A DNA stretch of 64,000 nucleotides from Acaryochloridaceae cyanobacterium VAR_48_metabat_390 (GTDB lineage: Bacteria > Cyanobacteriota > Cyanobacteriia > Thermosynechococcales > Thermosynechococcaceae): assembly GCA_031422435.1 (NCBI GenBank), contig JANPLU010000016.1:1-64000 (forward strand), written 5' to 3'. Below are positions 46,811 through 57,423 of the stretch, piece by piece. Each line of letters opens with the position of its first letter. Within the stretch, counting starts at the first letter, position 1. The notes below the pieces were generated by a model, which worked only from the letters and a program-made list of their open reading frames with translations, ran no database searches and was not told the origin of the DNA. The position numbers and the translations under genes were made by a program.

Positions 46811-48481
46811 ATGGTTGCTGAACTTGTAACAAATGCCTCGGTTGCATCTAGCGCCACAAAGGCTGAACCCCAAAGCCGCATTTTAGCGGCGATCGATATT
46901 GGCACCAATTCAGTCCACATGGTTGTCGTTCGCATCAACCCCGAACTGCCTGCCTTCAATATTGTCGATGCCGAAAAAAGCACCGTCCGCTTAGGAGAAC
47001 GCTGCCCACAAACTGGCAATTTGACCGCAGAGGCAATGGCACGGGCGATCGCCGCCCTCCGACGCTGCCTAGATATGGCAAAGGTCTGGAATGCTGAGCA
47101 GGTGATCGCCGTTGCCACCAGCGCTACCCGCGAAGCGCCCAACGGGAAAGACTTTATTCGAGAAGTAGAGACGCAGTTAGGACTGCAAATTGACCTAATC
47201 TCAGGGCAAGAAGAAGCCCGTCGAATTTATCTGGGCGTATTGTCAGGGTTAGAGTTTAACCATCAACTCCACACCATTATTGACATTGGCGGCGGCTCTA
47301 CAGAACTCATTTTAGGGGATGGTCACGACCCGCGTTTTCTCAGCAGCACCAAAGTTGGGGCAGTGCGCCTCACCAACGAATTTGTTACCACAGACCCCAT
47401 TGGCAGCCGCGATTTTGATCGCCTCCATGCCTACGTGCGCGGCATGTTGGAGTGGCCGATTGAAGACCTCAAAGCCAAAATAGCACAGGGCGAAACCGTC
47501 AATATGGTAGGCACCTCTGGCACCATTGAGAGCCTAATTCGCTTAGATGCTTACGCTAACGCTGCCGGGGCGCCACCCACCACCCTCAGCGGCTATGTCC
47601 TTACCCTAGAGCGGCTTCAGGCGCTGAACCAGCGCTTACGAAAGCTGTCCTTTGGCGATCGCTGTAAGATGCCAGGCATGTCCGAGCGACGCGCCGAGAT
47701 CATCTTGGCGGGGGGCGTCATTCTCCAAGAAGTGATGGAAAATCTGGGCATGACTAAAATTCAGTCCTGCACCCGCGCTCTACGGGAAGGCATCATCGTA
47801 GACTGGATGCTCAACCACGGGCTAATTGAAGATCGGCTGCGCTATCAGGGTTCTGTGCGTCAGCGGAGCGCCCTCAACCTCGCGCAAAAGTATCGGGTCA
47901 ACCTAGACAATGCTCAACAGGCGGCGAAGTTTGCCGTCATGCTGTTTGACCAAACCTGTGGAACGCTGCACCAATGGGGCACCCAAGAGCGGGAATTACT
48001 GTGGACTGCTGCCATTTTGCATAACTGCGGGCACTACATTAGCCACTCCGCTCACCACAAGCATTCTTACTACCTCATCCGCAACGGTGGGCTGCTGGGG
48101 TATACCGATGCCGAAATTGAAATGATTGCCAACCTTGCGCGCTATCACCGTAAAGGCGCACCTAAGAAAAAGCACGAAAGCTATCAAGGTTTAGGTAAAC
48201 TAGAGCGCCAAATGGTTGATCAGCTCAGCGCCCTTCTTAAGGTTGCCGTTGCCCTTGATCGCCGACAAATTAATGCCATTGACTCACTGCACTGCACCTT
48301 CAATGCTGTCGGGCGTGAACTGTCTTTGACTCTAACGCCCACCCAAGCAGGAGATGACTGTAGCCTAGAGCTATGGAGTTTGGAGTATAAAAAAGGCTGC
48401 TTAGAGGCAGAATTTGGGATAAAACTCGTCGTTAAAGTAGACGCTGCTCAAGATACGGGCGTTCTCTCTGCGGTTGGCTAA
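46811..48481 (+). CDS. ppx: Exopolyphosphatase Ppx/GppA
   Basis: AIDIGTNS, ATSATREA.N, EEARRIY.GV, DIGGGSTE, GTSGT, LREG, C-terminal HD-like domain. Confidence 0.95.
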   Translation: MVAELVTNASVASSATKAEPQSRILAAIDIGTNSVHMVVVRINPELPAFNIVDAEKSTVRLGERCPQTGNLTAEAMARAIAALRRCLDMAKVWNAEQVIAVATSATREAPNGKDFIREVETQLGLQIDLISGQEEARRIYLGVLSGLEFNHQLHTIIDIGGGSTELILGDGHDPRFLSSTKVGAVRLTNEFVTTDPIGSRDFDRLHAYVRGMLEWPIEDLKAKIAQGETVNMVGTSGTIESLIRLDAYANAAGAPPTTLSGYVLTLERLQALNQRLRKLSFGDRCKMPGMSERRAEIILAGGVILQEVMENLGMTKIQSCTRALREGIIVDWMLNHGLIEDRLRYQGSVRQRSALNLAQKYRVNLDNAQQAAKFAVMLFDQTCGTLHQWGTQERELLWTAAILHNCGHYISHSAHHKHSYYLIRNGGLLGYTDAEIEMIANLARYHRKGAPKKKHESYQGLGKLERQMVDQLSALLKVAVALDRRQINAIDSLHCTFNAVGRELSLTLTPTQAGDDCSLELWSLEYKKGCLEAEFGIKLVVKVDAAQDTGVLSAVG

Positions 48482-48566
48482 AAATCTCTTAACCTTGCTA
48501 AAAACAGTCTGTTTCTGACGACCATAACCCCCTAAGATGATGGGAGTTGCTGCGCTCTAAGACTCT

Positions 48567-49760
48567 ATGGCTGTAAAAGCGATTACCCTGCTAGGTTCCA
48601 CTGGCTCCATTGGCACCCAAACTCTAGATATTGTTGCAACCCACCCCGACCAGTTTCGGATTGTGGGACTGGCGGCAGGTCGTAATATTGCGCTGTTGGC
48701 AGACCAAATTCGGCAGTTTAAGCCCGAGATAGTGGCGATCGCAGACCCCACCCAGCTTCCAGACCTAAAAGCGGCAATTGCAGATGTCGTCCCGCAGCCC
48801 ATCTTAGTGAGCGGCGAAGCAGGTATTGTTGAAGTTGCTGCCTATGGCGATGCCCAAGCCGTTGTCACCGGAATTGTGGGCTGTGCAGGACTGTTGCCCA
48901 CCATTGCCGCCATTAAAGCAGGCAAAGATATTGCTTTAGCCAATAAAGAGACACTAATTGCGGGTGGCCCCGTCGTGCTGCCGCTGGTAGAGACCCACGG
49001 CGTTAAACTCCTCCCCGCAGATTCAGAGCATTCCGCTATTTTTCAGTGCTTGCAGGGTGTTCCAGAGGGCGGACTTCGGCGTATTATTCTAACGGCTTCC
49101 GGTGGCGCGTTTAGAGATTGGCCTGTCGAAAAGTTGGTGCAGGTGACGGTCGCCGATGCCCTGAAGCACCCCAACTGGTCGATGGGTCGCAAAATCACCG
49201 TCGATTCTGCCACGTTGATGAATAAAGGGCTAGAGGTGATTGAAGCTCACTACCTCTTTGGCGCAGACTACGACAACATTGATATCGTCATCCATCCCCA
49301 AAGCATTATTCACTCCCTGATTGAAGTACAGGATACCTCCGTGCTGGCTCAACTGGGCTGGCCCGATATGCGTCTGCCGCTGCTCTATGCACTCTCTTGG
49401 CCGGAGCGCATCGCCACAAATTGGGAACCCCTCGATTTAGTTAAATCTGGCGACCTCACCTTCCGTGCACCCAACCACGAAAAATATCCCTGTATGGGCT
49501 TAGCCTACGCTGCCGGACGTGCAGGCGGCTGTTTGCCAGCGGTCTTAAATGCGGCTAATGAGCAGGCGGTTGCCCTATTTTTAGACGAAAAGATTACCTT
49601 TTTGGATATCCCTAGGGTGATTGAAAAAGCCTGCGATCACTTTGGGTCTCAAAATACCTCAACCCCAAGCCTAGACGATATTCTCCATGCCGACCGCTGG
49701 GCAAGACAAGCCGTACTCGAGGCAAGTCAAACGTCAGCAACAAGCGTCATTTCACTTTGA
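48567..49760 (+). CDS. dxr: 1-deoxy-D-xylulose-5-phosphate reductoisomerase
   Basis: [41 protein letters not shown]. Confidence 0.98.
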   Translation: MAVKAITLLGSTGSIGTQTLDIVATHPDQFRIVGLAAGRNIALLADQIRQFKPEIVAIADPTQLPDLKAAIADVVPQPILVSGEAGIVEVAAYGDAQAVVTGIVGCAGLLPTIAAIKAGKDIALANKETLIAGGPVVLPLVETHGVKLLPADSEHSAIFQCLQGVPEGGLRRIILTASGGAFRDWPVEKLVQVTVADALKHPNWSMGRKITVDSATLMNKGLEVIEAHYLFGADYDNIDIVIHPQSIIHSLIEVQDTSVLAQLGWPDMRLPLLYALSWPERIATNWEPLDLVKSGDLTFRAPNHEKYPCMGLAYAAGRAGGCLPAVLNAANEQAVALFLDEKITFLDIPRVIEKACDHFGSQNTSTPSLDDILHADRWARQAVLEASQTSATSVISL

Positions 49761-49762
49761 GA

Positions 49763-50611
49763 CTAGTACAACGGAGCCGGCTTTTCTTTAATCCGTTTGG
49801 CGATCGGCCGCACTCGCTTCACGACCTTAATCAGATAGCTATAGTCTGGCGGTTTTGCATTAGTGACATATTCAGCGGCGGCAGCAACAGAGGCGGGTGC
49901 CGTTTCGAGCGCCTGGCGGATTTGTTCTTGGGCATTACGCTCAACCGTGGAACCCACCAAAACGCTGCCGGAGGGAATTTGATGAGTATCTCGAGCCAAA
50001 ATCCGAAACTGGGTTGGGCTAAAGTCTCCACGATAGCGACTTAACTCAGTTACGGATAACGCCCCCGCCATTACTTCGCCTTTACTGATCCACTCTAGGG
50101 TTGTTCGGGGGGTTGGTGACAGGCGAGTACCTGCAAGGGTTAATCCATAAAGGTTATAGATTGGCAAATAGTAGCCCGTGGCTGACCCTGCTTGACCCAA
50201 TGCGACCGTTTGATTTGCCAGATCGTTAAGCTTTGCCATTGGGCTATCTTGTCGCACTACGATCACAGAACGCTCTGTCTCGCCACCCGCTTGGGGCAAA
50301 AGGGGCAGGTATTGGTCTTCAGAAATGGCGATCGCTGCCAGACCTGGGGGCGCAAACACAATGTCCCAGGCTTTGCGCTCAATTTGCTGCACTGCCTGCA
50401 CTTCGTTGTAGGCTGGCTCTATCTCAATAATGCTCTTAAGCTGGCTTTCTAAATGGGTTTTGAGGGGAGCATATCGCTCAGCGACATTACTGCCCTTGCC
50501 ATAGCTCACCACGCCAACGACAAGCTTTTTCTGACCTGATAATTCAGAAGAGGTACAGCCCAATAAAAACGAAAAAAGTAGTGAAAAGCTCAGGAAACGG
50601 TTAAAAAACAT
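49763..50611 (-). CDS. PhnD/SsuA-like substrate-binding lipoprotein
   Basis: Lipobox LLGC, SVIVVR.DSP, DL...TVALG..GSATGY..P; no ABC permease or ATPase nearby. Confidence 0.82.
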   Translation of the reverse strand: MFFNRFLSFSLLFSFLLGCTSSELSGQKKLVVGVVSYGKGSNVAERYAPLKTHLESQLKSIIEIEPAYNEVQAVQQIERKAWDIVFAPPGLAAIAISEDQYLPLLPQAGGETERSVIVVRQDSPMAKLNDLANQTVALGQAGSATGYYLPIYNLYGLTLAGTRLSPTPRTTLEWISKGEVMAGALSVTELSRYRGDFSPTQFRILARDTHQIPSGSVLVGSTVERNAQEQIRQALETAPASVAAAAEYVTNAKPPDYSYLIKVVKRVRPIAKRIKEKPAPLY

Positions 50612-50761
50612 ATTTAATTGGGAAAGCTATTCTAATAACAACTTATAATAATGTCTAGCCTAGCAATAGAAGCCAAGACTTTTAAGTTTAGTTAAGCTCA
50701 TTCATAAATGAGCCGATGTGCTTTCACCACGTATTTCTATCCATAAAGGAGATTGCTTAAA

Positions 50762-51667
50762 ATGTTGAATCGGCTTAGGTTAGGTACAAAGCTTAATCTA
50801 ATATTGCTAGTCGTTTTTCTGATCATTGTTGTTGTTAATGGAATTATCTTATCTCAGATTTTGCAAAAAAATGCGGAACAAGAAATTACCTCTAAAGCCG
50901 CGCTGCTGATTGAGACAATGGGTTCCGTTAGAGATTATACCAGCACTCAAATCAATCCAGAGTTAGCGCCTCGACTAGAAACCGAAGATCAGTTTTTGCC
51001 GCAGACCGTCCCAGGATACTCAGCGCGGGAGGTCTTTGAAAATCTACGAAAGCGTGAGCAGTATAGAGACTTTTTCTATAAAGAAGCGACTCTAAACCCA
51101 ACCAATCTTAGAGACAAAGCAGATACCTTTGAAAGTGAAATTGTAAATCAATTTCGCAATCAATCTACGCTTAAAGAACAGTCTGGTTTTCGTAGTTTGG
51201 CAGGTGGGGATATTTTTTATGTCGCTCGACCTATTGCGATCAGCAATCAGACCTGCCTACGGTGCCACAGCACTCCTGCCGCTGCGCCCAAGAGCCAGCT
51301 TATTTCCTACGGCAGCGACAACGGCTTCGGCTGGAAGCTCAACGAAATTGTGGGGGCTAAAATTGTTTCCGTTCCCGCTAGCAAAATTTTGGCTGATGCT
51401 CGGCGGCTTCAGCTTTTGGTCATTGGGATTTTGACGGCTGGCTGTGTCATCGCGATTATTATTCTTAATCTATTCTTGCGAAATTCGATTGTGAAACCCC
51501 TCACGGAAATGTCTCAGTGGTCTAAGGAACTAAGTACAGGAAATACTAGTGATGAATTTAAGCATGTTGCCAAAGATGAAATTGGCATTTTGGCAACGTC
51601 GCTAAACCGATTAAAAGTTAGTTTGGAAATGGCGATGAATATGCTGAACCCTAATAATCCATCTTGA
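50762..51667 (+). CDS. Two-TM receptor: extracytoplasmic DUF3365/Tll0287-like c-heme domain plus HAMP, no output domain
   Basis: TM1, VPGYSAREV, YKEATLNPTN.RD.AD.FE, CLRCH (51254-51268), GFGW, TM2, HAMP (IVKPL..M......STG...DEIG.LA..LNRL), then stop. Confidence 0.88.
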   Translation: MLNRLRLGTKLNLILLVVFLIIVVVNGIILSQILQKNAEQEITSKAALLIETMGSVRDYTSTQINPELAPRLETEDQFLPQTVPGYSAREVFENLRKREQYRDFFYKEATLNPTNLRDKADTFESEIVNQFRNQSTLKEQSGFRSLAGGDIFYVARPIAISNQTCLRCHSTPAAAPKSQLISYGSDNGFGWKLNEIVGAKIVSVPASKILADARRLQLLVIGILTAGCVIAIIILNLFLRNSIVKPLTEMSQWSKELSTGNTSDEFKHVAKDEIGILATSLNRLKVSLEMAMNMLNPNNPS

Positions 51668-51739
51668 ATCATCTGTAATTGATATCAGTCATAAATTCAT
51701 ATCAGTCATACTAAAACTACCGCCTGCCTTTAATCATAA

Positions 51740-52945
51740 ATGAGTCTTTGTATCAACCCTATTTGCCCTCGCCCTCAAAACCCTGATGATCGGCTGTTTT
51801 GTCAGAGCTGTGGGTCAGAGCTGCTGTTAGAGGGGCGCTATAGTGTCGTGTCAATGTTGGGCGAAGGTGGTTGTGGAAAGACTTATGAGGTAGGCGATCG
51901 CGATGGCATCACCAAAGTACTGAAGGTACTGAGTAAAAATGAGCCAAAGTACATCGAATTATTCCATCGAGAGGCGAAGGTTTTAAGCCAGCTCAATCAT
52001 CCTGGGATTCCTGCCGTTGAGCCGAATGCCTACTTCGCCTATCTGCCAAAGGATTCGACCACGCCTTTGTATTGCCTTGTGATGGAGAAAATTACGGGGC
52101 TAGATTTACAAAAATATCTTCAGCAGCGCGGCAGCCCCATTGGTCAGGGCTTGGCTGTTCAGTGGCTGATTCAGCTTGCAACCATTTTGAAGGCCGTTCA
52201 TGCTCAGCAATTTTTGCATCGAGATATTAAGCCATCTAACATCATGCTGAAGTCTGTGGGGCACCTAGTCTTGATTGACTTTGGAACCGTTCGCACGATT
52301 ACAAGAATCTCTTCAGTCGGGGAACCTTCTACACAGGCGACTCGTATTATGTCTGCTCTCTACACCCCAATGGAGCAAATGAAGGGTAAGCCTGTCCCCC
52401 AGTCTGATTTCTTTGCGTTAGGCAGAACCTTTGTTTTTTTATTGACGGGGCAAGATTTAAGTGATTTGTACGATCCTGAAGCGGATGTGGTGGAATGGCG
52501 CAACCACGTCCCTAATCTGTCCGAAAAGTTGGCAGATTTTATCGATCAGCTCATGGCTCCTCTGGTCTCTCAGCGTCCGGCCAATGCAGATATGGCTTTA
52601 AAGCAGCTGTTTGAGATTCAGCGAGAATTTGTGGCTGCACCAGAAGTGCTGACCTCAACTCAAATCAAAGACGCACCTACGCAATTAGCCCCCCACCGTC
52701 AGGGTCTAGCCCCAGATTTAATCGATCATGCTAAACCTGCTCTGCCTTCCCAAGTGAGTTTAGCGATGATTGAGCGCTGCAAGCAAGAGCTAGCCGAGCT
52801 TATTGGTCCCATCGCCGCCATTGTGTGTCAACGGACGTTGGCTCAAAAACCTCAACTTTCAGAGCGTGAGTTTGTGGAGGCAATCGCCCAGCAAATTCCT
52901 AAGCCCGAAGATGCCAACGCCTTTCGTCAACGATTGCGGGTCTAA
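51740..52945 (+). CDS. Soluble Hanks-type Ser/Thr protein kinase with N-terminal 4-Cys motif and C-terminal helical domain
   Basis: CINPIC..CQSCG, GEGGCG, HRDIKPSN, LIDFG, YTPMEQ, SDFFALG; C-terminal C..ELA..IGPIA....L...IP....F. Confidence 0.92.
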   Translation: MSLCINPICPRPQNPDDRLFCQSCGSELLLEGRYSVVSMLGEGGCGKTYEVGDRDGITKVLKVLSKNEPKYIELFHREAKVLSQLNHPGIPAVEPNAYFAYLPKDSTTPLYCLVMEKITGLDLQKYLQQRGSPIGQGLAVQWLIQLATILKAVHAQQFLHRDIKPSNIMLKSVGHLVLIDFGTVRTITRISSVGEPSTQATRIMSALYTPMEQMKGKPVPQSDFFALGRTFVFLLTGQDLSDLYDPEADVVEWRNHVPNLSEKLADFIDQLMAPLVSQRPANADMALKQLFEIQREFVAAPEVLTSTQIKDAPTQLAPHRQGLAPDLIDHAKPALPSQVSLAMIERCKQELAELIGPIAAIVCQRTLAQKPQLSEREFVEAIAQQIPKPEDANAFRQRLRV

Positions 52946-53026
52946 AGTGATCACCCCCACCTCTTAGCCTAATCTTTTAGAACCCACCCTCTACAATAGA
53001 GCTTAAGAGCGTTCTGGGCAGATTCT

Positions 53027-53425
53027 ATGACTTTTACACCTTCTATCGCAACGGCTGAAACAGTCGTACTTAAACCGAGCTATCGACTGCCGATTGGACT
53101 GGCGATCGCCTCCACCCCCCTCATCTTCCTATCCATCTGGGCTTTTATACCCGTCTTCTTATTTGCCATCTTTTTGAGTGTACAGGCCGCTACCCTACGA
53201 CTGCATTTTACTAACACCGCCCTAGAAATCTATCGCGGTCAAACCCAAATCCGCATCTTTCCCTATGCAGACTGGTATCATTGGGAGATTTATTGGCCTG
53301 TACTGCCTATTTTGTTTTACTTCCGTGAAGTTAACAGCATCCACTTTTTGCCCGTGCTGTTTGACCCAGCCGCTTTAGCACAATGCTTGGGCGATCGCTG
53401 CCCTCGTAAAGTAGAGCAAAACTAG
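53027..53425 (+). CDS. DUF3119-family membrane protein
   Basis: L.PSY.LP, Q...LRL.FT..AL, FPY..W..W...WP..PILFYFREVNSIHFLP.LFD. Confidence 0.85.
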   Translation: MTFTPSIATAETVVLKPSYRLPIGLAIASTPLIFLSIWAFIPVFLFAIFLSVQAATLRLHFTNTALEIYRGQTQIRIFPYADWYHWEIYWPVLPILFYFREVNSIHFLPVLFDPAALAQCLGDRCPRKVEQN

Positions 53426-53478
53426 CCGTGTACTAGCCGCCGTCCCTCAATTGAACACTGCCAGACCCTAAACCCTTC

Positions 53479-54501
53479 ATGGAATCGTCCAGTTTACCGC
53501 CCTTGCCCCCCGAACCCGAAGCCCTCCGGCAGGAGATTATGCAGCTCAAGCTGGAAAAAGGCCAGCTTCTAGAGCAGCAGCTTCAGCAAACCCAGACCAA
53601 AATTAACCAGCTCTACCAAGAAGACATTCAGCAGCTTGAAGAGCGCAAGAAAACGCTACAAACTTCAGTCGAGCAGCTAGAGCGCCGTCAAGAACGTATC
53701 CAAACCGAAATGCGCTCTACCTTTGCGGGAGCCTCCCAAGAGCTTGCCATTCGTGTTCAGGGTTTCAAAGAATATTTAGTAACCAGCCTTCAGGATGTCG
53801 CCCTTGCCGCCGAACAGCTTGAGCTAATTCCCCAAGCCGCAGCGTCTGCCTCCACGAAGGTAAGCCCCGAGCCGAAGTTAACGCCCAAGCAAGTTCTAGA
53901 GCCAAGCCCAGCAGCACGTACTACCGCTGCCCAACCTCAGTTTGCCACCCAAAGTTTTCAAGAAGAAACCCGAGCAATTCGACGACTCCTCGAGCAGTAC
54001 CGCACCACGCCTAACTACTACGGACCTTCCTGGCAGCTGCGCCGTACCTTTGAGCCAGTTCATGCTGATCGCGTCGCAAAATGGTTCTTCAACCTAGGCG
54101 GTCGTGGCGCTGTGCGAAGTTTGGGCACAAGGCTACAGAACATTTTGGTAGCCTCAGCGGTGATTTCAATACTAAATGAGCTGTATGGCGATCGCCTCCA
54201 TGCCCTAATTCTTGCCAACGCCCCCGAACGCCTTGGTGACTGGCGGCGCGGACTCCAGGACTGTCTTGGCGTAGAGCGAGCTGACTTTGGTCCTGATCAA
54301 GGCATTGCGCTCTTTGAATCGCCTGAGTCGTTGGCGCAAAAAGCAGATCGACTTATTAAAGATGATGCTATCCCGCTGATTTTGCTGGATGATTCTGAGG
54401 AAACGGTTAGCCTATCGGTACTGCAATTCCCGCTGTGGCTGGCCTTTGTGCCAGAACCGCAGCTGCGCCGCGAACGTCAGCAAAATGACTGGTTTGAATA
54501 A
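53479..54501 (+). CDS. DUF3086-family protein
   Basis: Coiled coil, FAGASQELAIRV.GFKEYL, P.YYGP.WQLRRT, ERLG.WRRGLQDCLG, LQFPLWLAF. Confidence 0.85.
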   Translation: MESSSLPPLPPEPEALRQEIMQLKLEKGQLLEQQLQQTQTKINQLYQEDIQQLEERKKTLQTSVEQLERRQERIQTEMRSTFAGASQELAIRVQGFKEYLVTSLQDVALAAEQLELIPQAAASASTKVSPEPKLTPKQVLEPSPAARTTAAQPQFATQSFQEETRAIRRLLEQYRTTPNYYGPSWQLRRTFEPVHADRVAKWFFNLGGRGAVRSLGTRLQNILVASAVISILNELYGDRLHALILANAPERLGDWRRGLQDCLGVERADFGPDQGIALFESPESLAQKADRLIKDDAIPLILLDDSEETVSLSVLQFPLWLAFVPEPQLRRERQQNDWFE

Positions 54502-54773
54502 CTAAATTTGGAATCCAGCACTTTGTTTCACGTGCTGTTGCTCTACCTCGGCGAGAATGTGCTGCTGAGTCCATTCCTGATTTATCGCTGTGAAAAAGAT
54601 GGGCGATCGCCGTATTTTCGCCCATCTTTTGGTTCTGACACATTGGTTTTGATCGGGGATTGTTCTGCTGAAGGCGATCGCCTCTGCAAATGGCAAAGCT
54701 TAACGAATTTATCGGTGATTTTGTGCGACCTTAATGAAGAGATTTCTTACCCAACCGTTTCTGATTTAGGGCT

Positions 54774-56744
54774 ATGTCAAACCCCACTATTGAATCCATC
54801 CTTAACGAAAAGCGTCTGTTTGCGCCCCCTGCTGAGCTATCTGCCCAAGCAGAAATTAAAAGCTTTGCTGAGTACGAAGCGCTTTACGCTAAGGCAAAAG
54901 CTGACCCCGCTGCATTTTGGTCAGAGTTGGCAGCCCAAGAGCTGCACTGGTTTCAAAAGTGGGACACGACTCTCGACTGGCAGCCCCCCTTTGCCAAATG
55001 GTTTGTGGGTGGCAAGCTCAATATTTCTTACAACTGCTTAGATCGTCACCTCACCACCTGGCGCAAAAACAAAGCGGCGCTGATTTGGGAAGGCGAACCA
55101 GGAGACTCCCGCACCCTCACCTACGCACAGCTCCACAGAGAAGTGTGTCAAATGGCGAATGTGCTGAAGAATTTGGGCGTGCAGAAGGGCGATCGCGTGG
55201 GCATTTACATGCCCATGATTCCAGAAGCGGCGATCGCCATGTTAGCCTGCGCCCGCATTGGGGCAGTGCATGGGGTGGTGTTTGGCGGATTTAGTGCCGA
55301 GGCCTTGCGCGATCGCCTGGTAGATTCTGAAGCCAAACTGGTCATTACCGCAGACGGCGGGTTCCGTAAAGATAAGGTAGTCGCCCTCAAAATTCAGGTC
55401 GATAACGCCCTTGCCAATAACGCCGTCCCCTCGGTCAAAAACGTGCTGGTGGTTCAGCGCACCAAAGCGGCGATCGCCATGGAAACGGGACGGGATCACT
55501 GGTGGCATGAGCTTCAGGCGACTGCCTCCGCCGACTGCCCCGCTGAACCGATGGACAGCGAAGATATGCTGTTTATTCTCTACACCAGCGGCAGCACGGG
55601 CAAACCGAAAGGGGTCGTCCACACCACGGGCGGTTATAGCCTTTACACCCACATGACTACCAAGTGGACGTTTGACCTCAAAGACACCGATGTCTACTGG
55701 TGTACCGCAGATGTAGGCTGGATTACAGGCCACAGCTACATCGTTTATGGCCCACTCTCGAATGGGGCAACCGCCGTGATGTATGAAGGCGTACCGCGCC
55801 CTTCTAACCCAGGCTGCTTTTGGGATGTGATTGAAAAGTACGGCGTCACTATTTTCTATACCGCCCCCACCGCTATCCGCACTTTTATCAAAATGGGTGA
55901 GCAGCACCCTAACGCCCGCAATCTCTCTTCGCTTCGGATTTTGGGCACCGTTGGCGAACCCATCAACCCCGAAGCCTGGATGTGGTACCACACGGTGATT
56001 GGCAAAGAGCGCTGCCCTATTGTCGATACCTGGTGGCAAACCGAAACGGGGGGCTTTATGATTACCCCTCTTGCCAGCGTCACTCCGACCAAACCTGGCT
56101 CGGCTTCACGCCCCTTCCCTGGCATTTTGGCAGACGTGGTAGATCTGGACGGCAACCCAGCCCCTGATAATGAGGGCGGCTATCTGGTCATTACTCATCC
56201 CTGGCCCAGTATGCTGCGGAACGTCTATGGCGATACCGAGCGTTTTCGTAAAACCTACTGGGAGCATATTGCCCCTAAAGACGGTAAATACCTCTACTTT
56301 GCAGGGGATGGTGCCCGTCGGGATGAAGACGGCTATTTTTGGATTATGGGTCGAGTGGATGACGTGATTAGCGTCTCTGGGCATCGCTTGGGCACGATGG
56401 AAATTGAGTCGGCGCTGGTGTCTCATCCTGCCGTGGCAGAAGCTGCGGTGGTAGGTCGCCCTGATGATTTAAAAGGGGAAGACATTTTTGCGTTTGTAAC
56501 CCTAGAGGGAACCCATTCTGCCAGTGATGCGCTTAAGGATGAGCTGAAAAAACATGTGGTGGGGGAAATTGGGGCGATCGCCCGTCCTGGCGAAATCCGC
56601 TTTGCCGACGCGCTACCCAAAACCCGCTCTGGCAAAATTATGCGGCGTTTACTGCGCACCCTCGCCAGCGGCGCTGAAATCTCAGGTGATACTTCTACGT
56701 TAGAAGATCGCTCTGTGTTGGATGCACTGCGAGAAGAGGGATAA
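54774..56744 (+). CDS. acs: Acetyl-CoA synthetase
   Basis: [55 protein letters not shown]. Confidence 0.98.
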   Translation: MSNPTIESILNEKRLFAPPAELSAQAEIKSFAEYEALYAKAKADPAAFWSELAAQELHWFQKWDTTLDWQPPFAKWFVGGKLNISYNCLDRHLTTWRKNKAALIWEGEPGDSRTLTYAQLHREVCQMANVLKNLGVQKGDRVGIYMPMIPEAAIAMLACARIGAVHGVVFGGFSAEALRDRLVDSEAKLVITADGGFRKDKVVALKIQVDNALANNAVPSVKNVLVVQRTKAAIAMETGRDHWWHELQATASADCPAEPMDSEDMLFILYTSGSTGKPKGVVHTTGGYSLYTHMTTKWTFDLKDTDVYWCTADVGWITGHSYIVYGPLSNGATAVMYEGVPRPSNPGCFWDVIEKYGVTIFYTAPTAIRTFIKMGEQHPNARNLSSLRILGTVGEPINPEAWMWYHTVIGKERCPIVDTWWQTETGGFMITPLASVTPTKPGSASRPFPGILADVVDLDGNPAPDNEGGYLVITHPWPSMLRNVYGDTERFRKTYWEHIAPKDGKYLYFAGDGARRDEDGYFWIMGRVDDVISVSGHRLGTMEIESALVSHPAVAEAAVVGRPDDLKGEDIFAFVTLEGTHSASDALKDELKKHVVGEIGAIARPGEIRFADALPKTRSGKIMRRLLRTLASGAEISGDTSTLEDRSVLDALREEG

Positions 56745-56818
56745 AGCGATTGCGGTTTCAAAGGTGCTGGTTGTCATGACAGCGGGTGGCCTTGAATTTA
56801 GAGGAGAAAGACAGAACG

Positions 56819-57178
56819 CTAGAGCGAAAATCCCAGCACGAGATCAAGCGCTGTCTTGATCTCTGTCCAGTATTGTTCTTCAAGCTGCCCAACGATTCCC
56901 AGAATTCGCTGACCGTCCACAGAGCGCACTTGACCCACATCTATAAACCGATCCTGGTCTAAGCCATTCTCTACACTCGCCTTTACATTCACCACATAGG
57001 GTGCCTGTTTCTTCCCTGGTCGGAAGGGTAAGACAACTGTTAACTGACCGTACTGGTTCATCACATCATTCTGGATGACCAGACAGGAGCGAGTCTTTTG
57101 GATTTCTGCGCCTACGGTCGGGTCTAGCGTAACCCAGCGGATATCCCCGCGCCGATACGTCAATTCACCCTTCGGCAT
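56819..57178 (-). CDS. mazF: PemK/MazF-family toxin
   Basis: RGDI.WV.LDP.VG.EIQKTR.CLVIQND..N, QVRSVD..R. Confidence 0.92.
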   Translation of the reverse strand: MPKGELTYRRGDIRWVTLDPTVGAEIQKTRSCLVIQNDVMNQYGQLTVVLPFRPGKKQAPYVVNVKASVENGLDQDRFIDVGQVRSVDGQRILGIVGQLEEQYWTEIKTALDLVLGFSL

Positions 57179-57395
57179 CTAGTCCATCCCCAACGACCAC
57201 ATCCCAAGCTGCAATCTCTGCTTGATACTCTGAATCCGCTTGATCCGCTTGCAGTGCGGCAATCATCTGTTCTCTCAAAACTTTGGTGCGCTGCTCTACT
57301 AACAGGCCATTAAGATATTCGCTCCGGTTCGTAGCCTGTGCGTCCAGAAACGCTATTAATTCTTGATCCAATGAAACTGCGATTTTACTTTTCAT
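57165..57395 (-). CDS. Cognate RHH-type antitoxin
   Basis: K.K.AVSLD.EL..FLD....NRS.Y, C-terminal WD.VVGDGL; overlaps the toxin start. Confidence 0.85.
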   Translation of the reverse strand: MKSKIAVSLDQELIAFLDAQATNRSEYLNGLLVEQRTKVLREQMIAALQADQADSEYQAEIAAWDVVVGDGLDAEG

Positions 57396-57423
57396 TGTAA
57401 GACTCAAAGGTATGGTAAGTTCT

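Noticed and set aside
54508..55041. 177 aa ORF overlapping the acs start
   Set aside because: Out-of-frame overlap with a conserved gene and no protein-like motifs.
55242..56039. 265 aa antisense ORF inside acs (and similar shadow ORFs in ctaD, cheA, the MCP and the FAD oxidoreductase)
   Set aside because: Typical antisense shadows of GC-richer conserved genes.
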